Below are positions 8,235 to 18,097 of a stretch of 48,178 nt of DNA, one piece after another. The stretch covers positions 1 to 48,178 of IMG/VR virus record IMGVR_UViG_3300028906_000005; one strand, written 5' to 3'. Source of the stretch: a virus (lineage: Duplodnaviria > Caudoviricetes). The position numbers and the translations under genes are program-made. Below the pieces are notes generated by a model that was given only the letters and a program-made list of their open reading frames with translations, was not told the origin of the DNA and ran no database searches. How positions within the stretch are numbered: the stretch's first letter is position 1; the number at the start of each line of letters is the position of its first letter.

Positions 8235-9078
8235 AGAGGCCTCCTGTGGAATTCAACGTCGTGCCCGGGGTCGCGGTTGGCCCGGGCATCGGGATCACCT
8301 GGCCGCCCATGAAGGCTTGAGTCTGAGCCGGGGATTGGATGCCGTGCAGACCGCCCATCTGCCGCGCCGCCAGCATCAATTGCGGGGCCATGGCGGCGAT
8401 CTGCGCCTGACGCGCGTTGCCCATCGCGGAAGCGGCTTGCTGAGATTGCAGATCGAGGGGAGGCGGGGCCTGCTGCCCGCCGCCCCCGCCTCCGGCGATC
8501 TGCTGCAGGTTGTCCATGGTCGACTTTATGCCCGACTCGCCCGGCTGAGTAAGGGCGGCGAGGGCCGAGCCGACATTGGCGGGCTGGGCTGGAGGCGCAG
8601 CGGTCGCAGGAGCGCCTCCCACCGCCGCGCCATTATAGGGACCAGTCGGCGGCTTCGAGGTGTCGAGATTGGGATAGTGAGCTTTGAGCGCCGCAACGGT
8701 GTTCGGTCCCCATTCCCGGATCGGCGTCACCGCCGCGACCTGGGCCTGCACCGAAGGCGGCGCGCTCATTGCGGTCGGGTATCGATTGATGTCGATGCCT
8801 GCTTTCAGCGCCTGACGCCGCCAAGTCGGGTCAATAAACTGGAAATTGCCGCCCGCTGGAGTGCCTCGGTCGGTGTTTACGTCGTGGATCGCCTGCGGAA
8901 TGTTGCGGTTGCCGCTCTCGACATGGGCGATGATGTCGAGTTGCGATGGCTGGTAAACGCTCGGCTGCGCGCCGGGCAGCGCAGATGGCGCATAAGGAGT
9001 CGCAACGGACGGCGTCGGTGCGGGCGGCGCGCCCGGCAGCGCGGACGGCGTGTAATTGAGCGCGGCGCCGTCAGCCAC
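8227..9078 (-). CDS. Virion protein with lysozyme-like (Rpf/transglycosylase) domain
   Basis: IAHVESG...AGGNFQFIDPTW...APPSVQAQVA, catalytic Glu motif. Confidence 0.75.
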   Translation of the reverse strand: MADGAALNYTPSALPGAPPAPTPSVATPYAPSALPGAQPSVYQPSQLDIIAHVESGNRNIPQAIHDVNTDRGTPAGGNFQFIDPTWRRQALKAGIDINRYPTAMSAPPSVQAQVAAVTPIREWGPNTVAALKAHYPNLDTSKPPTGPYNGAAVGGAPATAAPPAQPANVGSALAALTQPGESGIKSTMDNLQQIAGGGGGGQQAPPPLDLQSQQAASAMGNARQAQIAAMAPQLMLAARQMGGLHGIQSPAQTQAFMGGQVIPMPGPTATPGTTLNSTGGLYG

Positions 9079-10459
9079 CCAACGCCCCTATGATCGGCGC
9101 CCCCGGCGCGCGCAGCTTGCCGGAAGGCGCGAGAATGCCGCGCGAAGGCGGGGTGGCGTTCGGCGACAGTGCGCCGAAGGCTTGTGGTTTTTGCTTCAGG
9201 ATGTTGAGGGCCGTCTGGGCTCCGGCCGAGCTCGGCGGCGTGGCGCGCGGCGACAACGCGTCGAGCATCGGCATGCTGACCGCCCGATGCCCTTGGGTGG
9301 TCACCTTGCGCACCGCGTGGGGCGCGATCTTGGCCACGTCCTCGGCCATCGGGCCGACCACCTTGGGGTACGACTTTGGGTCGCCCTTGTACCGATAGGC
9401 GTAGATCGGCACCCCGGTCGCATGTTTGCCGACCTTGGTGATGTCGGTCTTCATCCGGCGATCCGAGCCGCCGCCGAACATGCTCATCAGACCCGACATC
9501 GCGCTCGAGCCGCCCGCGGGCGCGGAAAACAGGCCGCCGAGAGTCTGGATGCCGCCCAGCGCCGCCGCGAGCGGGTTCGACTGCGTCTGGGTGGTGGTCG
9601 AGGCGCTCGAGCCTGAGGTGCCGGTGTTGTAGGGGGTCATGCCGAGCGCGCTCTCCATGATCGAGAGTTGCTGCTGCGGATACTGATTGGCCTGCTGGAA
9701 CTGCGCCAATTGGGCGTTGATGTCGTTCTGGCTTTGCGCTTGCTCGAAGCCGCCCGCCGAGGTCAACATGCCGTAATTAGCGATGTTGTTCTGCATCTGT
9801 TGGGTTCCCAGAGTTCCCAACCCGGAAGCCGCTTGGTTGACCAGGCCCTCTTGGCTGAGACCAGCGGCCTGGTTTTGCGCTTGGGCGGTGTTCTGCGCCT
9901 GGACGTCGGACTGCGCCGCGCCTTGCGCCTGAGCGAAATTGGCCTGGTTCAACTGGGCGGCCATCTGACCTTCGTTCAAGGCTCCCTGAGCCTGGGCCAC
10001 GCCCTGCTGGATCCCCTGCCGTGAGCCGCCGAAAGCGTTGGCCGAAGCGGCCTGATCCTGCACTTGGTTCTGTTGCAGGGCGTTGGCCTGCTGCATCAGA
10101 GGCAGGGTCTTCTGAATCACGTCAGACGTGTATGGATTCTCATAAGGTTGTAAATTGGTTGAGCTCAACTGCGCCGGGTTCACCTGCGCAGGGGTCTGGC
10201 TCATGGTGTTGAGGTAGCCCGCCTGGGAAGCGTTCTGCGCGTCTTGGCCGACGTTGCCGGAATTGGCGGCCAGGTTCCACGCCTGCTGGGTCTGAGGCGA
10301 AACCCCGGCGACGATCTGCCCCTGATATTGCTGCAGCGGCTGGTTGGCGACCTGCTGCGCCAGGCCGTAATTCTGCTGCCCGGCGTTTTGCACCCATTCT
10401 GGGATTTCGTTGGTGCTCTGGGAGCTGCCTTGTTGGACCGTGGTCGAGGATCCGCCCAT
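9071..10459 (-). CDS. Gln/Ala-rich virion protein with peptidase S74-like domain
   Basis: Likely start MGGSS at 10459; SDRRMKTDI...YAYRYKGD...GPMAEDV. Confidence 0.75.
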   Translation of the reverse strand: MGGSSTTVQQGSSQSTNEIPEWVQNAGQQNYGLAQQVANQPLQQYQGQIVAGVSPQTQQAWNLAANSGNVGQDAQNASQAGYLNTMSQTPAQVNPAQLSSTNLQPYENPYTSDVIQKTLPLMQQANALQQNQVQDQAASANAFGGSRQGIQQGVAQAQGALNEGQMAAQLNQANFAQAQGAAQSDVQAQNTAQAQNQAAGLSQEGLVNQAASGLGTLGTQQMQNNIANYGMLTSAGGFEQAQSQNDINAQLAQFQQANQYPQQQLSIMESALGMTPYNTGTSGSSASTTTQTQSNPLAAALGGIQTLGGLFSAPAGGSSAMSGLMSMFGGGSDRRMKTDITKVGKHATGVPIYAYRYKGDPKSYPKVVGPMAEDVAKIAPHAVRKVTTQGHRAVSMPMLDALSPRATPPSSAGAQTALNILKQKPQAFGALSPNATPPSRGILAPSGKLRAPGAPIIGALGG

Positions 10460-10818
10460 CACAGTTCTCGTTGATAGAGGAAGCTTTTCGTTCGAATCTT
10501 CCAACCCTTGGTCAACGGATGGTCAAGCCACCCGCGGCGACCGTAGGCCTGGATCAGCCCGATGTCATTGGCGTTCGCAAACTGGAAAATACGCTCCAAG
10601 AGTTTCCCGCACGCCTCGAGCTCGCCCACCACCACCAAGATCTCAAGCAACTTGGCGCGCGGAAATTGCGCGATCTGGGTGATCGCCCAAGTCTCGCCTT
10701 CGACGAAGCTCTGCATCCGGCCCTCAGCGAGGGCGCTGAGGATGTCCTGCACACTGTACAAGCCTCCCATCCGGTCGAGCAGACGCGCGAGCTTGACGTG
10801 ATAGGGATGCGCGGTCAT
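10459..10818 (-). CDS. GNAT-like protein of podovirus tail module
   Basis: Start MTAHPY; ends IQAYGRRGW; usual position before ejection genes. Confidence 0.6.
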   Translation of the reverse strand: MTAHPYHVKLARLLDRMGGLYSVQDILSALAEGRMQSFVEGETWAITQIAQFPRAKLLEILVVVGELEACGKLLERIFQFANANDIGLIQAYGRRGWLDHPLTKGWKIRTKSFLYQREL

Positions 10819-11108
10819 CGCGTCGGATTTGAACCTCCGAGCGAAACCGGCGTGGCGACGAACGACCCATTGCTCTGAACCTGCAGCAACCACACCGCAG
10901 GCGGCGTGCCCGGCGGGGCGTCGTTGGCCTGCAGCATGATGCCAGGCAGCGCCACATTGCTGTTCATTTTCGCCGCGAAGCCCTGTCGGCACCAGAGCGA
11001 GAACTGGTTGAGAAAATTCCCCAGCTGCGCGCTGATCGTCGGATCGCTCGGCACCGGCGGCGGCGGATGCGCCTGCGGCGGGGAGGCGGAACCGGGTGAA
11101 GTGACCAT
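10815..11108 (-). CDS. Small tail-associated protein (97 aa)
   Basis: GAGGAG RBS; coupled within late operon. Confidence 0.65.
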   Translation of the reverse strand: MVTSPGSASPPQAHPPPPVPSDPTISAQLGNFLNQFSLWCRQGFAAKMNSNVALPGIMLQANDAPPGTPPAVWLLQVQSNGSFVATPVSLGGSNPTR

Positions 11109-11285
11109 TTAGCGATCTCCTCGCGACATTCGCGTAAAAAGACCAAGAAACCACCAGCCGTCAGTTGTGATCGTCAGCCCGAAACGCCGCCTCTTCCACG
11201 GGATCGAGAAGATCACCCAACCATAAGTCTGATCGCGCGGCAGCGTCGGATCGATGCTCGCCCTTCCCGGCGTGTAAAGGAGCAT
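11109..11285 (-). CDS. Inserted small Trp-rich protein (58 aa), not in ORF track
   Basis: MLLYTPGRASIDPTLPRDQTYGWVIFSIPWKRRRFGLTITTDGWWFLGLFTRMSRGDR exactly fills the gap; TGATG coupling. Confidence 0.65.
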   Translation of the reverse strand: MLLYTPGRASIDPTLPRDQTYGWVIFSIPWKRRRFGLTITTDGWWFLGLFTRMSRGDR

Positions 11286-13108
11286 CAGCGATCTCCTCTC
11301 ACCGCGACATCGATCAAATGCTGGCCGACCGTCACTGGATTGATCTGCGGGCCCGCGAGCGAAATCCGCATCCGAATGTCACGGCCGGTGGTGCGCAAGT
11401 CGACAAAGCCATTCGAGGTGTTGACCGTGCGCGGCGCCGTCTGCGCCTCGACCACCGGGATCGGCGCTCCGTTCGGATCCGGCATGACGCTCCGGGAATT
11501 CTTGTAAAATAGGCTGTAGCGCAGATTGGTGACGTCGCCGCCGACGTCGGGGATCAATTGCTTGACGGTGACTAGACGCGAGCCCGAAGTGAGGTTGAGA
11601 TCGAAGGTCTCGGCCCACGGCAGCGGCACGTTAGCCGGATAAACAATACCGATCTCATGCTGATAAGCGAACGGGCCATCGGCCATGATCGTCTGCACGG
11701 TGTAGGAGGCGGCGACCCCGGCCGAGCGCGACATCTGCCCTTGCGACCACCATCCCTCCTTATAATTGTAGATTATGCATCGGGTGTTTGTGCCCGCTGG
11801 GTTGTTCACTACGCCCTGCGGAAAGAACCACCAAAACTCACTGAACGGCGAGACGTGCACGGCGCAGGCCTGCTCGCGCACGTTGAGGATGTCGATATCG
11901 TCGTCGACCCACGGCCGCACCTTGCACGGCACCGGCTGCACCCAGGCGCCGTTGTAAGAAAACATCCCCTGCTCGGACATCCACAGCGTCAACGACGTGG
12001 TCGGGACGATGCTCTGCGGCGACCACGGCGTGCAGTTCTTCGCAATCTCGGTGTAATTATAGATATAGGGCAGGCCGAGAAAGGCGTTGAGATAGGTGCG
12101 TGTCGCGGTCCACATTAAGACTCCGAGCGGACCCGCCACGGCAGCGATGATCGGCGCCGCGGGCTCGATGTCGAGATAGCCCGCTTGGCTGGTGATGTTG
12201 GAATAATCCCACGCGCCGGGGTTCTCCTGATCGCACCAGGCGAAGCGCCGCGAACCCCCGCCATAGGTGTTGTCATAAGCGCCGAAAACCATCACAAAAC
12301 GCTCTTGCGTGATGACGAAAGAGCGGCCGCTCGGCACTGTGCCGCGGCCCGAATCGGCGACCTGCGGCGTCGCCACATTGCCAAATTGAAGCACGTCTCC
12401 GACATTGCCAGCATTCATTGCTGGTGCGGTTAGGGTTAAGGTCGCGTCGCTGGCCTGACTGTAGCTCTGCACCCAACCGACCTGAACGTTGGCGGTGAGG
12501 TTGTAAACATTCATCCCGGGCTCGACGGTGCCGTCATTAGGCCCGCTCATGACAAGCGTCGTCGTGGTGGTGTCGAAGGCTTGGGTGGAAACAAACGAGG
12601 CGACCACGCCCGGCGTGCCGTTGGCCGGATCCCAAAACAAAAGCCGCCCATCGGGCGAAGTCATCGCGTAGAGAATCGCGCCGAAATTATCCAAGCTGAA
12701 AGCGTCAGGCACCTTGTTGAGGGCGTTCACCGTCGATTCGGGCCGCGGCGTGCCATAAGTACCGGCGCTATAGGGGCCCTCGCCGTAGCCGCCTTCGGTT
12801 AACGGCACCGGCGGAATGATGCCGTCGCCGGGCGTGATGTCGTAGAGTAGGCCGCCCACGTCGACATAAAGGTTCGCCTCGCACAGGTATCCAATATAAA
12901 AAACGTTATTTAAATCATACCAACTATGTATTGCCTTACACCTTGATGCAAATGAATAAGTATACTGTGCTTGACCGCCAACAGGAGAGAGCATTCCCTC
13001 TCTCCATCGAACCAAATTTACTTCGCTCCAATTTGAACTCTTCATCTGCTTCGTAGCCATTGCTACGACACCAGGGGGTATTTCTAACGGAGTAAATTTA
13101 GTAGACAT
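11285..13108 (-). CDS. Tail nozzle / stabilisation protein (P22 gp10 or T7 tubular B analogue)
   Basis: 607 aa, beta-rich, RFAWCDQENPGAW motif; position. Confidence 0.75.
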   Translation of the reverse strand: MSTKFTPLEIPPGVVAMATKQMKSSNWSEVNLVRWREGMLSPVGGQAQYTYSFASRCKAIHSWYDLNNVFYIGYLCEANLYVDVGGLLYDITPGDGIIPPVPLTEGGYGEGPYSAGTYGTPRPESTVNALNKVPDAFSLDNFGAILYAMTSPDGRLLFWDPANGTPGVVASFVSTQAFDTTTTTLVMSGPNDGTVEPGMNVYNLTANVQVGWVQSYSQASDATLTLTAPAMNAGNVGDVLQFGNVATPQVADSGRGTVPSGRSFVITQERFVMVFGAYDNTYGGGSRRFAWCDQENPGAWDYSNITSQAGYLDIEPAAPIIAAVAGPLGVLMWTATRTYLNAFLGLPYIYNYTEIAKNCTPWSPQSIVPTTSLTLWMSEQGMFSYNGAWVQPVPCKVRPWVDDDIDILNVREQACAVHVSPFSEFWWFFPQGVVNNPAGTNTRCIIYNYKEGWWSQGQMSRSAGVAASYTVQTIMADGPFAYQHEIGIVYPANVPLPWAETFDLNLTSGSRLVTVKQLIPDVGGDVTNLRYSLFYKNSRSVMPDPNGAPIPVVEAQTAPRTVNTSNGFVDLRTTGRDIRMRISLAGPQINPVTVGQHLIDVAVRGDR

Positions 13109-13137
13109 CAGACGCTCCCTAGCTCACAATAATAGGT

Positions 13138-13623
13138 ATGCGCCATGACCTGACCGGCCAACGCTTTGGCCGCCTGACCGTTCTCTCTTTTGCCGACACT
13201 TCCGGCACTCATGCGCGGTGGTTGTGCCGCTGCGACTGCGGAAATGAATGCGTCGCTTATGCTACACATTTGAAAACAAAACGCACGCAAGCTTGCGGTT
13301 GCCTTAAGCTTGAACGTATTCGTCAAGCGAACACCAAGCATGGAGACAATCGAAGTCCAGAATGGCAAGCGTGGATTAACATACGCGCGCGATGTCGAAG
13401 CCCAAGCCATCGTGACTATCGCTACTACGGCGGCAGAGGCATCACGGTCGATCCTCGCTGGGATACCTACGAGAACTTTCTTGCCGACATGGGCCGCCGC
13501 CCAGATCCAAAGCTCACCATCGACCGCATCGACAATAATGGCCCTTACGCCCCGTGGAATTGCCGCTGGGCGACTCGAAAAGTGCAGATTGCCAACCGTC
13601 GACATCCTACTGATACCTTATGA
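13138..13623 (+). CDS. HNH homing endonuclease, antisense to late operon
   Basis: [46 protein letters not shown]. Confidence 0.9.
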   Translation: MRHDLTGQRFGRLTVLSFADTSGTHARWLCRCDCGNECVAYATHLKTKRTQACGCLKLERIRQANTKHGDNRSPEWQAWINIRARCRSPSHRDYRYYGGRGITVDPRWDTYENFLADMGRRPDPKLTIDRIDNNGPYAPWNCRWATRKVQIANRRHPTDTL

Positions 13624-14395
13624 TATAAGGCACCGCGACGTAAGTCGGGACGATGGTGATCGGAGCGCCGCCGCCCGCATTCTGGATGCTAATATTCGTT
13701 GGCGAAGCATAGATGCCGATGCCGGTCGCGGCGTAGCCGAGATAAACGCCAGTCGCAGCCCCATTGATGTAAACGTTGTTGGCTGAGGCGGGGCCGGTGC
13801 TGCCTATCAGAAGGTTGCCGCCCACGCCGCCCGCAATCGCCCCTGGCGTGGTCAAGCCGACGACGACGCCGCCATGCGTATGCGCGTCCTGACTTGCGCC
13901 GTGGGTGTGGGTCGGATCACCAACGCCGTGGATATGCTCCGGATCAGCGATAGCGTGAGCGTGCTCCGGATCACTAACCCCATGCGCGTGCACCGGCATC
14001 TGCGCCGCGCTGATGGTGTAGCTGAACGAGCCGCCTTTCGACGCCGGTGGATTAGCCGTCGCGCTAGCCCCGAGCGCAAAAACATCTTGAAGATCAGGCA
14101 CGTTGAAATTCGCGCCCGAACCGCCCCAGGCATAACCGATGGCGGCGAACAGCTTGGCGTAGGTTCCGGTGGTTGGATAGGACGAGCCGTCGCACAAGAT
14201 CCAGTTGGTCGGTGGGGTCATGCCGCCGCCCCATTGCACGATCATGCCGATCAGCACCGAGGCTTGCTCGTTGGCGTAGACCTGAGCGTCGATCAGCGCG
14301 AAATTGTTGTTGAGTTCAGTGCCCCAGGTGGTCAGATCGCCGCCAACCGCGGGCTGAGTCCAACCGTAATTAGGGGTTTGCGTGGCGGCCATCAT
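13607..14395 (-). CDS. Tail-collar domain fibre protein
   Basis: GMIVQW...WILCDGS...LFAAIG...FNVPDL collar motif; repeated HxH (DPxHxH) motifs. Confidence 0.85.
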   Translation of the reverse strand: MMAATQTPNYGWTQPAVGGDLTTWGTELNNNFALIDAQVYANEQASVLIGMIVQWGGGMTPPTNWILCDGSSYPTTGTYAKLFAAIGYAWGGSGANFNVPDLQDVFALGASATANPPASKGGSFSYTISAAQMPVHAHGVSDPEHAHAIADPEHIHGVGDPTHTHGASQDAHTHGGVVVGLTTPGAIAGGVGGNLLIGSTGPASANNVYINGAATGVYLGYAATGIGIYASPTNISIQNAGGGAPITIVPTYVAVPYIIRYQ

Positions 14396-14642
14396 CGCTC
14401 TCCAAAGCGTCGACCCTCGTTTCGAGATCGGCGACGCGGTCCTCGACCGGCGCGGTCTCCGGCAACAGTGTCGGCGGCGGCGCAGCGGCTTTGGGCGCGT
14501 TGCCCTCGTCGAGCCAGGCGAGATAATCCTGGCAGTCGATATTGTCCGGGTCCATGGGGATGAAGGCGCCGTCCTCGTCGCGCACGATGACGCTCTCGTG
14601 CGGCTTGTTGTTGATGGCGTCCCAAACTTGACTATAGGTCAT
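14370..14642 (-). CDS. Putative tail fibre assembly chaperone
   Basis: DGAFIPMDPDNIDCQDYLAWLDEGN motif typical downstream of fibres. Confidence 0.65.
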   Translation of the reverse strand: MTYSQVWDAINNKPHESVIVRDEDGAFIPMDPDNIDCQDYLAWLDEGNAPKAAAPPPTLLPETAPVEDRVADLETRVDALESDDGRHANP

Positions 14643-14644
14643 GG

Positions 14645-15721
14645 TCAAAGCTCCGCGGCTAAGGTGCAGGCGAAATTTGCAGAAGCTGCCCCAGCAGCCG
14701 TAGCCGCTACGGCAACACTAACGCAATTAGATTGCGTGCTAAATGATTGTATACCAGAAGAATTGTTATAGACTACATTGAAAAATGTTACGGTTGGCAC
14801 CGCGCGCATTATCTGGAACGTGTAGCTTTCATTAACATTAACGCTCGCAGGAGTATAACCACTGCTAATCCATGCACTATTAAAAACTTGATAATACCGT
14901 TGGCAATCCGCCATGCTCTTGGCGAGCGACTGCCTATTGTACGGCGTTGCTACGGAGCCGATCTCCAGCTTGACGCCGGTGAAGTAAAGCACCCCTATTG
15001 CTGTAATGAGGCCCCTCGCGCCCGTTACTGCTGTGATCGTGCCGTTCGACCACGTATTTGCAGGACCGTGAAAATTCGCGCCCGAGCCCAAATCAAAATT
15101 TACGCTTATGGAAGCGCCATTGCCGCTCGTCGTCCACGATCCGGCAGTGTCGCCGGGAATGGAAACAACGACCTTCGTCCAAACGTTCGCAGCAAGCGCG
15201 AAGGAGAACGGATAAGAGCGCGTGCCTGCCGCGTTAACGACTGCGCCGCTATAGGTTCCAGCAACAGTCGCCATCACCCAAAACGATAGCGTGACCGACT
15301 GCGCGTTTGCCGTTCCCCAGGCAAAATCGCTCACCATGTCGGCTTCAATGAATTGCAGTAATTTGAAAAAGTCGGTCGCCAACGGCGCGTAAGGCGCTTG
15401 CGTCGAAAACCCTAAACAATAGGGAAATCCAGGCGCAAACGTCGCGGGCGGCCCTATATTTTGCCCCCAATAAAAACCATTGTTCTGCGTGCCGAGATAC
15501 TGCCAACGATCAACCGTATAGACACTAGTCCCTGTTTCGTTCCCACCGTTCCATCGCTGGTCGATCCGCATGTCGCCGTTGATGACCCGGTTGTCGTTGA
15601 TCCCCGGCGCGACGGTGGGGGAAAGGCCGCTCGGCAACCACTTCGCGCCGTCCCAAATCCAAGTCACGCCCGCAGCGGTGAATTGCTGGCCGACAGTGGG
15701 ACTGGCGGGAAAGTCAAGCAT
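14645..15721 (-). CDS. Tail fibre / receptor-binding protein 2
   Basis: LDFPASPTVGQ..WIWDGAKW N-terminus; NRVINGDMRIDQR...VKLEIGSVATP...CQRYY domain. Confidence 0.8.
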   Translation of the reverse strand: MLDFPASPTVGQQFTAAGVTWIWDGAKWLPSGLSPTVAPGINDNRVINGDMRIDQRWNGGNETGTSVYTVDRWQYLGTQNNGFYWGQNIGPPATFAPGFPYCLGFSTQAPYAPLATDFFKLLQFIEADMVSDFAWGTANAQSVTLSFWVMATVAGTYSGAVVNAAGTRSYPFSFALAANVWTKVVVSIPGDTAGSWTTSGNGASISVNFDLGSGANFHGPANTWSNGTITAVTGARGLITAIGVLYFTGVKLEIGSVATPYNRQSLAKSMADCQRYYQVFNSAWISSGYTPASVNVNESYTFQIMRAVPTVTFFNVVYNNSSGIQSFSTQSNCVSVAVAATAAGAASANFACTLAAEL

Positions 15722-15736
15722 GCGTAGGGGTCATGG

Positions 15737-18097
15737 TCAAAGCTCCGCATCAAGAAGAACAGAAGTTGCGGTAACAGCCATCGGACCATCAGCTATTGTT
15801 GTCGCGTAAACGCCAACACTCGAACTGGTTGGGCCTAAAGAAAGTCCGATACCGCTAGCGTTAGCATAGTTTACATTAGAAAAATTCACCGTTGGCGCAG
15901 CTCGCATCGTCACAGGGAATGTTACAGTTTGCCCAAAATTATATCCACCTAAAGAATAACCGCCAGCCCATAGACAAATGGTGTCAGAATAATACCTCTG
16001 ACAATCCGCCAAAGACTTGGCCAACGACTGCCGAGGGAACGGCGTTGCTACGCTGCCGATCTCCAACTTGACGCCAGTCAGATAGAAGCCCGCGCCATTG
16101 ACAGTGACAGGGCTGACCGCGCCAGTCACGCCGACGTAATTTACGGACGCCCATGCGTTAGCAGGGCCGCGATAATTGGCTCCGCTGCCCAAATCGAAGC
16201 CAACGATCAGTCCCGTGCCGTTGCCGCTCAACGTCCATGCCCCACCGGTGTCGCCGGGAATGGGGATAACGACCTTCGTCCAAGTGCTTGCCGCAAGAGT
16301 GTAGCTGAACGGATAGGAGCGATTAGGAACGTCGTTGCGGATCGCACCGCTGAATGTTCCGGCCAATGTGGAGTACGCCATGAACGACAACGTCATCGGC
16401 GAAGCACCCGCCGCGCCGAAACCAATGTCGTTGAGCATGTCGGCTTCAATCGGCTGGAAGACTGCGTAAGTGTCGGTCGCCGCCAGCGTGAAGGTCGAGA
16501 GCGAAGTAAACACTAGAGCGCCGCCAAAGCCCGCAGAAGCCCCGCCGCGTCTCCAATTCATCATGCCAATTGTCGTTGGGTTGTAATACCAACGATCAAT
16601 GGTATAACCCGCTGCCGTTCCCGTCGCGCCAGCATTGCGCTGGTCGATCCGCATGTCGCCATTGATGAGCCGGTTGTCGCCCATCGGGATAAGCACGGTC
16701 GAAATGGTGCCGTCCGCCGCCGCCTTGATCGACGTCCCGTCGACCTTGACCAGGCCAAGCGTCGTCGTCGAGGCGGGCGGCAACTGACCCGCCGCATTGA
16801 TCACCGGCACCCATTGAGTCGAATTAGGGTCTTGATAGCGAAGATAAGTCTGACCACCGACACTATCGAACCACAAATCGCCAGGGACGACCGCTGAGGG
16901 GGGTGTATCGGAAATGGTCACCGGAGGCCCGCCCGAGACCGAGATGGGCGTCCACGCCCCGCTCTGGCGACCGTATTGCGTCCCATCGGTCGGAGCGTCG
17001 GGAATGCCGCCGCTCTGATTCGCCCAGGACAGGATGCCCGAGCCATTGGTCGAGAGCACCTGGCCAGGCGAGCCGCCGGGAAGATAGAAATTCCCGAGAC
17101 TATTGACGGCCAGGAGCCCGTTAACCGCCAGGCCGCCATTGACAGTGATGCCGGACCCGTTGAACACCGTCGCGCCATCAGCCCGCGCGATGGTCAACCA
17201 AGTGCCGAGCGACACCCCGGTCGTCGAGTAAGCCTGGAGGCTGAAATTCGCCCCGACGTTGTTCAATCCCTCCGCGGTCTGATCGCCCAGGTTCAGCACC
17301 CAACGCATGACGTTGGACGCCGAGCAAAGAATGGCGCGGGCGTTGTTCACCGGAGCATTCAGGACCAAGCTATTTGGTCCCTGGACCGTGGTGACGCCGT
17401 TAACCGTCAAGCTCCCGGTGACCGTACCGCCCGCAATGGGCAGGTAAGGCCCGCCAGTGACCGGCGTGATCCACGACAGATTGCCGTTGCCGTCAGTCGC
17501 GGGAACCTGTCCCAGCGAACCGCCGCCAAGCTGCAGCTGCGCCACCGTGGGCACCGAGCAGACCGCGTTCCCGGCGAACAGAAGCGCGCCGCTCGTCACC
17601 GCGCCGCCCGCGCTCAGATTGGTCTGCCCGGTGAAGGTGCCGCCGCTCGCCGGGACGACCAGGTTCCAGGCCCCTAACGTGCGCCCATACGTCTGAGTAT
17701 CGGGAACCTCCTCGACCCCGGCCCCATGCGCCTCGAGATATTCGAGAGTGACCGCCTCCATCGGCTCGACCGGATCGCGGGCTAGGTAAACCGGACCCGC
17801 GAAGGTGGCTGAGAGATCGGCGCCGGAGATCGACAGCGCCGGGCCGAGCACAGCGCCTGCGCCATCGAGATGGTTGATGGCGAAGTTCGGCGGCGCGCCG
17901 CCGTCGTTGAGGCTGACCTGCCAGTACAGCGAACTGACCGTCGCCGGGACGCCGGTGATGACGACGCCGTCAACGATCGAAGGTCCGCTGACCGCGGAAC
18001 AGCCTTCGGTGTCGTTCCAGTCGTTCGACGGCGGCAGCGGATTGACCGTCCACGTCGGCGGCTTAGGCGTCGGTCCAGGGATCCACTGGTCGTTCAT
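15737..18097 (-). CDS. Tail fibre / receptor-binding protein 1
   Basis: Fibre motifs YLPIAGGTVTG and DAPTDGTQYGR; C-terminal domain paralogous to fibre 2. Confidence 0.8.
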   Translation of the reverse strand: MNDQWIPGPTPKPPTWTVNPLPPSNDWNDTEGCSAVSGPSIVDGVVITGVPATVSSLYWQVSLNDGGAPPNFAINHLDGAGAVLGPALSISGADLSATFAGPVYLARDPVEPMEAVTLEYLEAHGAGVEEVPDTQTYGRTLGAWNLVVPASGGTFTGQTNLSAGGAVTSGALLFAGNAVCSVPTVAQLQLGGGSLGQVPATDGNGNLSWITPVTGGPYLPIAGGTVTGSLTVNGVTTVQGPNSLVLNAPVNNARAILCSASNVMRWVLNLGDQTAEGLNNVGANFSLQAYSTTGVSLGTWLTIARADGATVFNGSGITVNGGLAVNGLLAVNSLGNFYLPGGSPGQVLSTNGSGILSWANQSGGIPDAPTDGTQYGRQSGAWTPISVSGGPPVTISDTPPSAVVPGDLWFDSVGGQTYLRYQDPNSTQWVPVINAAGQLPPASTTTLGLVKVDGTSIKAAADGTISTVLIPMGDNRLINGDMRIDQRNAGATGTAAGYTIDRWYYNPTTIGMMNWRRGGASAGFGGALVFTSLSTFTLAATDTYAVFQPIEADMLNDIGFGAAGASPMTLSFMAYSTLAGTFSGAIRNDVPNRSYPFSYTLAASTWTKVVIPIPGDTGGAWTLSGNGTGLIVGFDLGSGANYRGPANAWASVNYVGVTGAVSPVTVNGAGFYLTGVKLEIGSVATPFPRQSLAKSLADCQRYYSDTICLWAGGYSLGGYNFGQTVTFPVTMRAAPTVNFSNVNYANASGIGLSLGPTSSSVGVYATTIADGPMAVTATSVLLDAEL

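Noticed and set aside
14645-18097. Diversity-generating retroelement or invertible fibre shufflon
   Set aside because: No reverse transcriptase or invertase is present; the repeats are direct, both copies are coding, and the differences are not adenine-specific.
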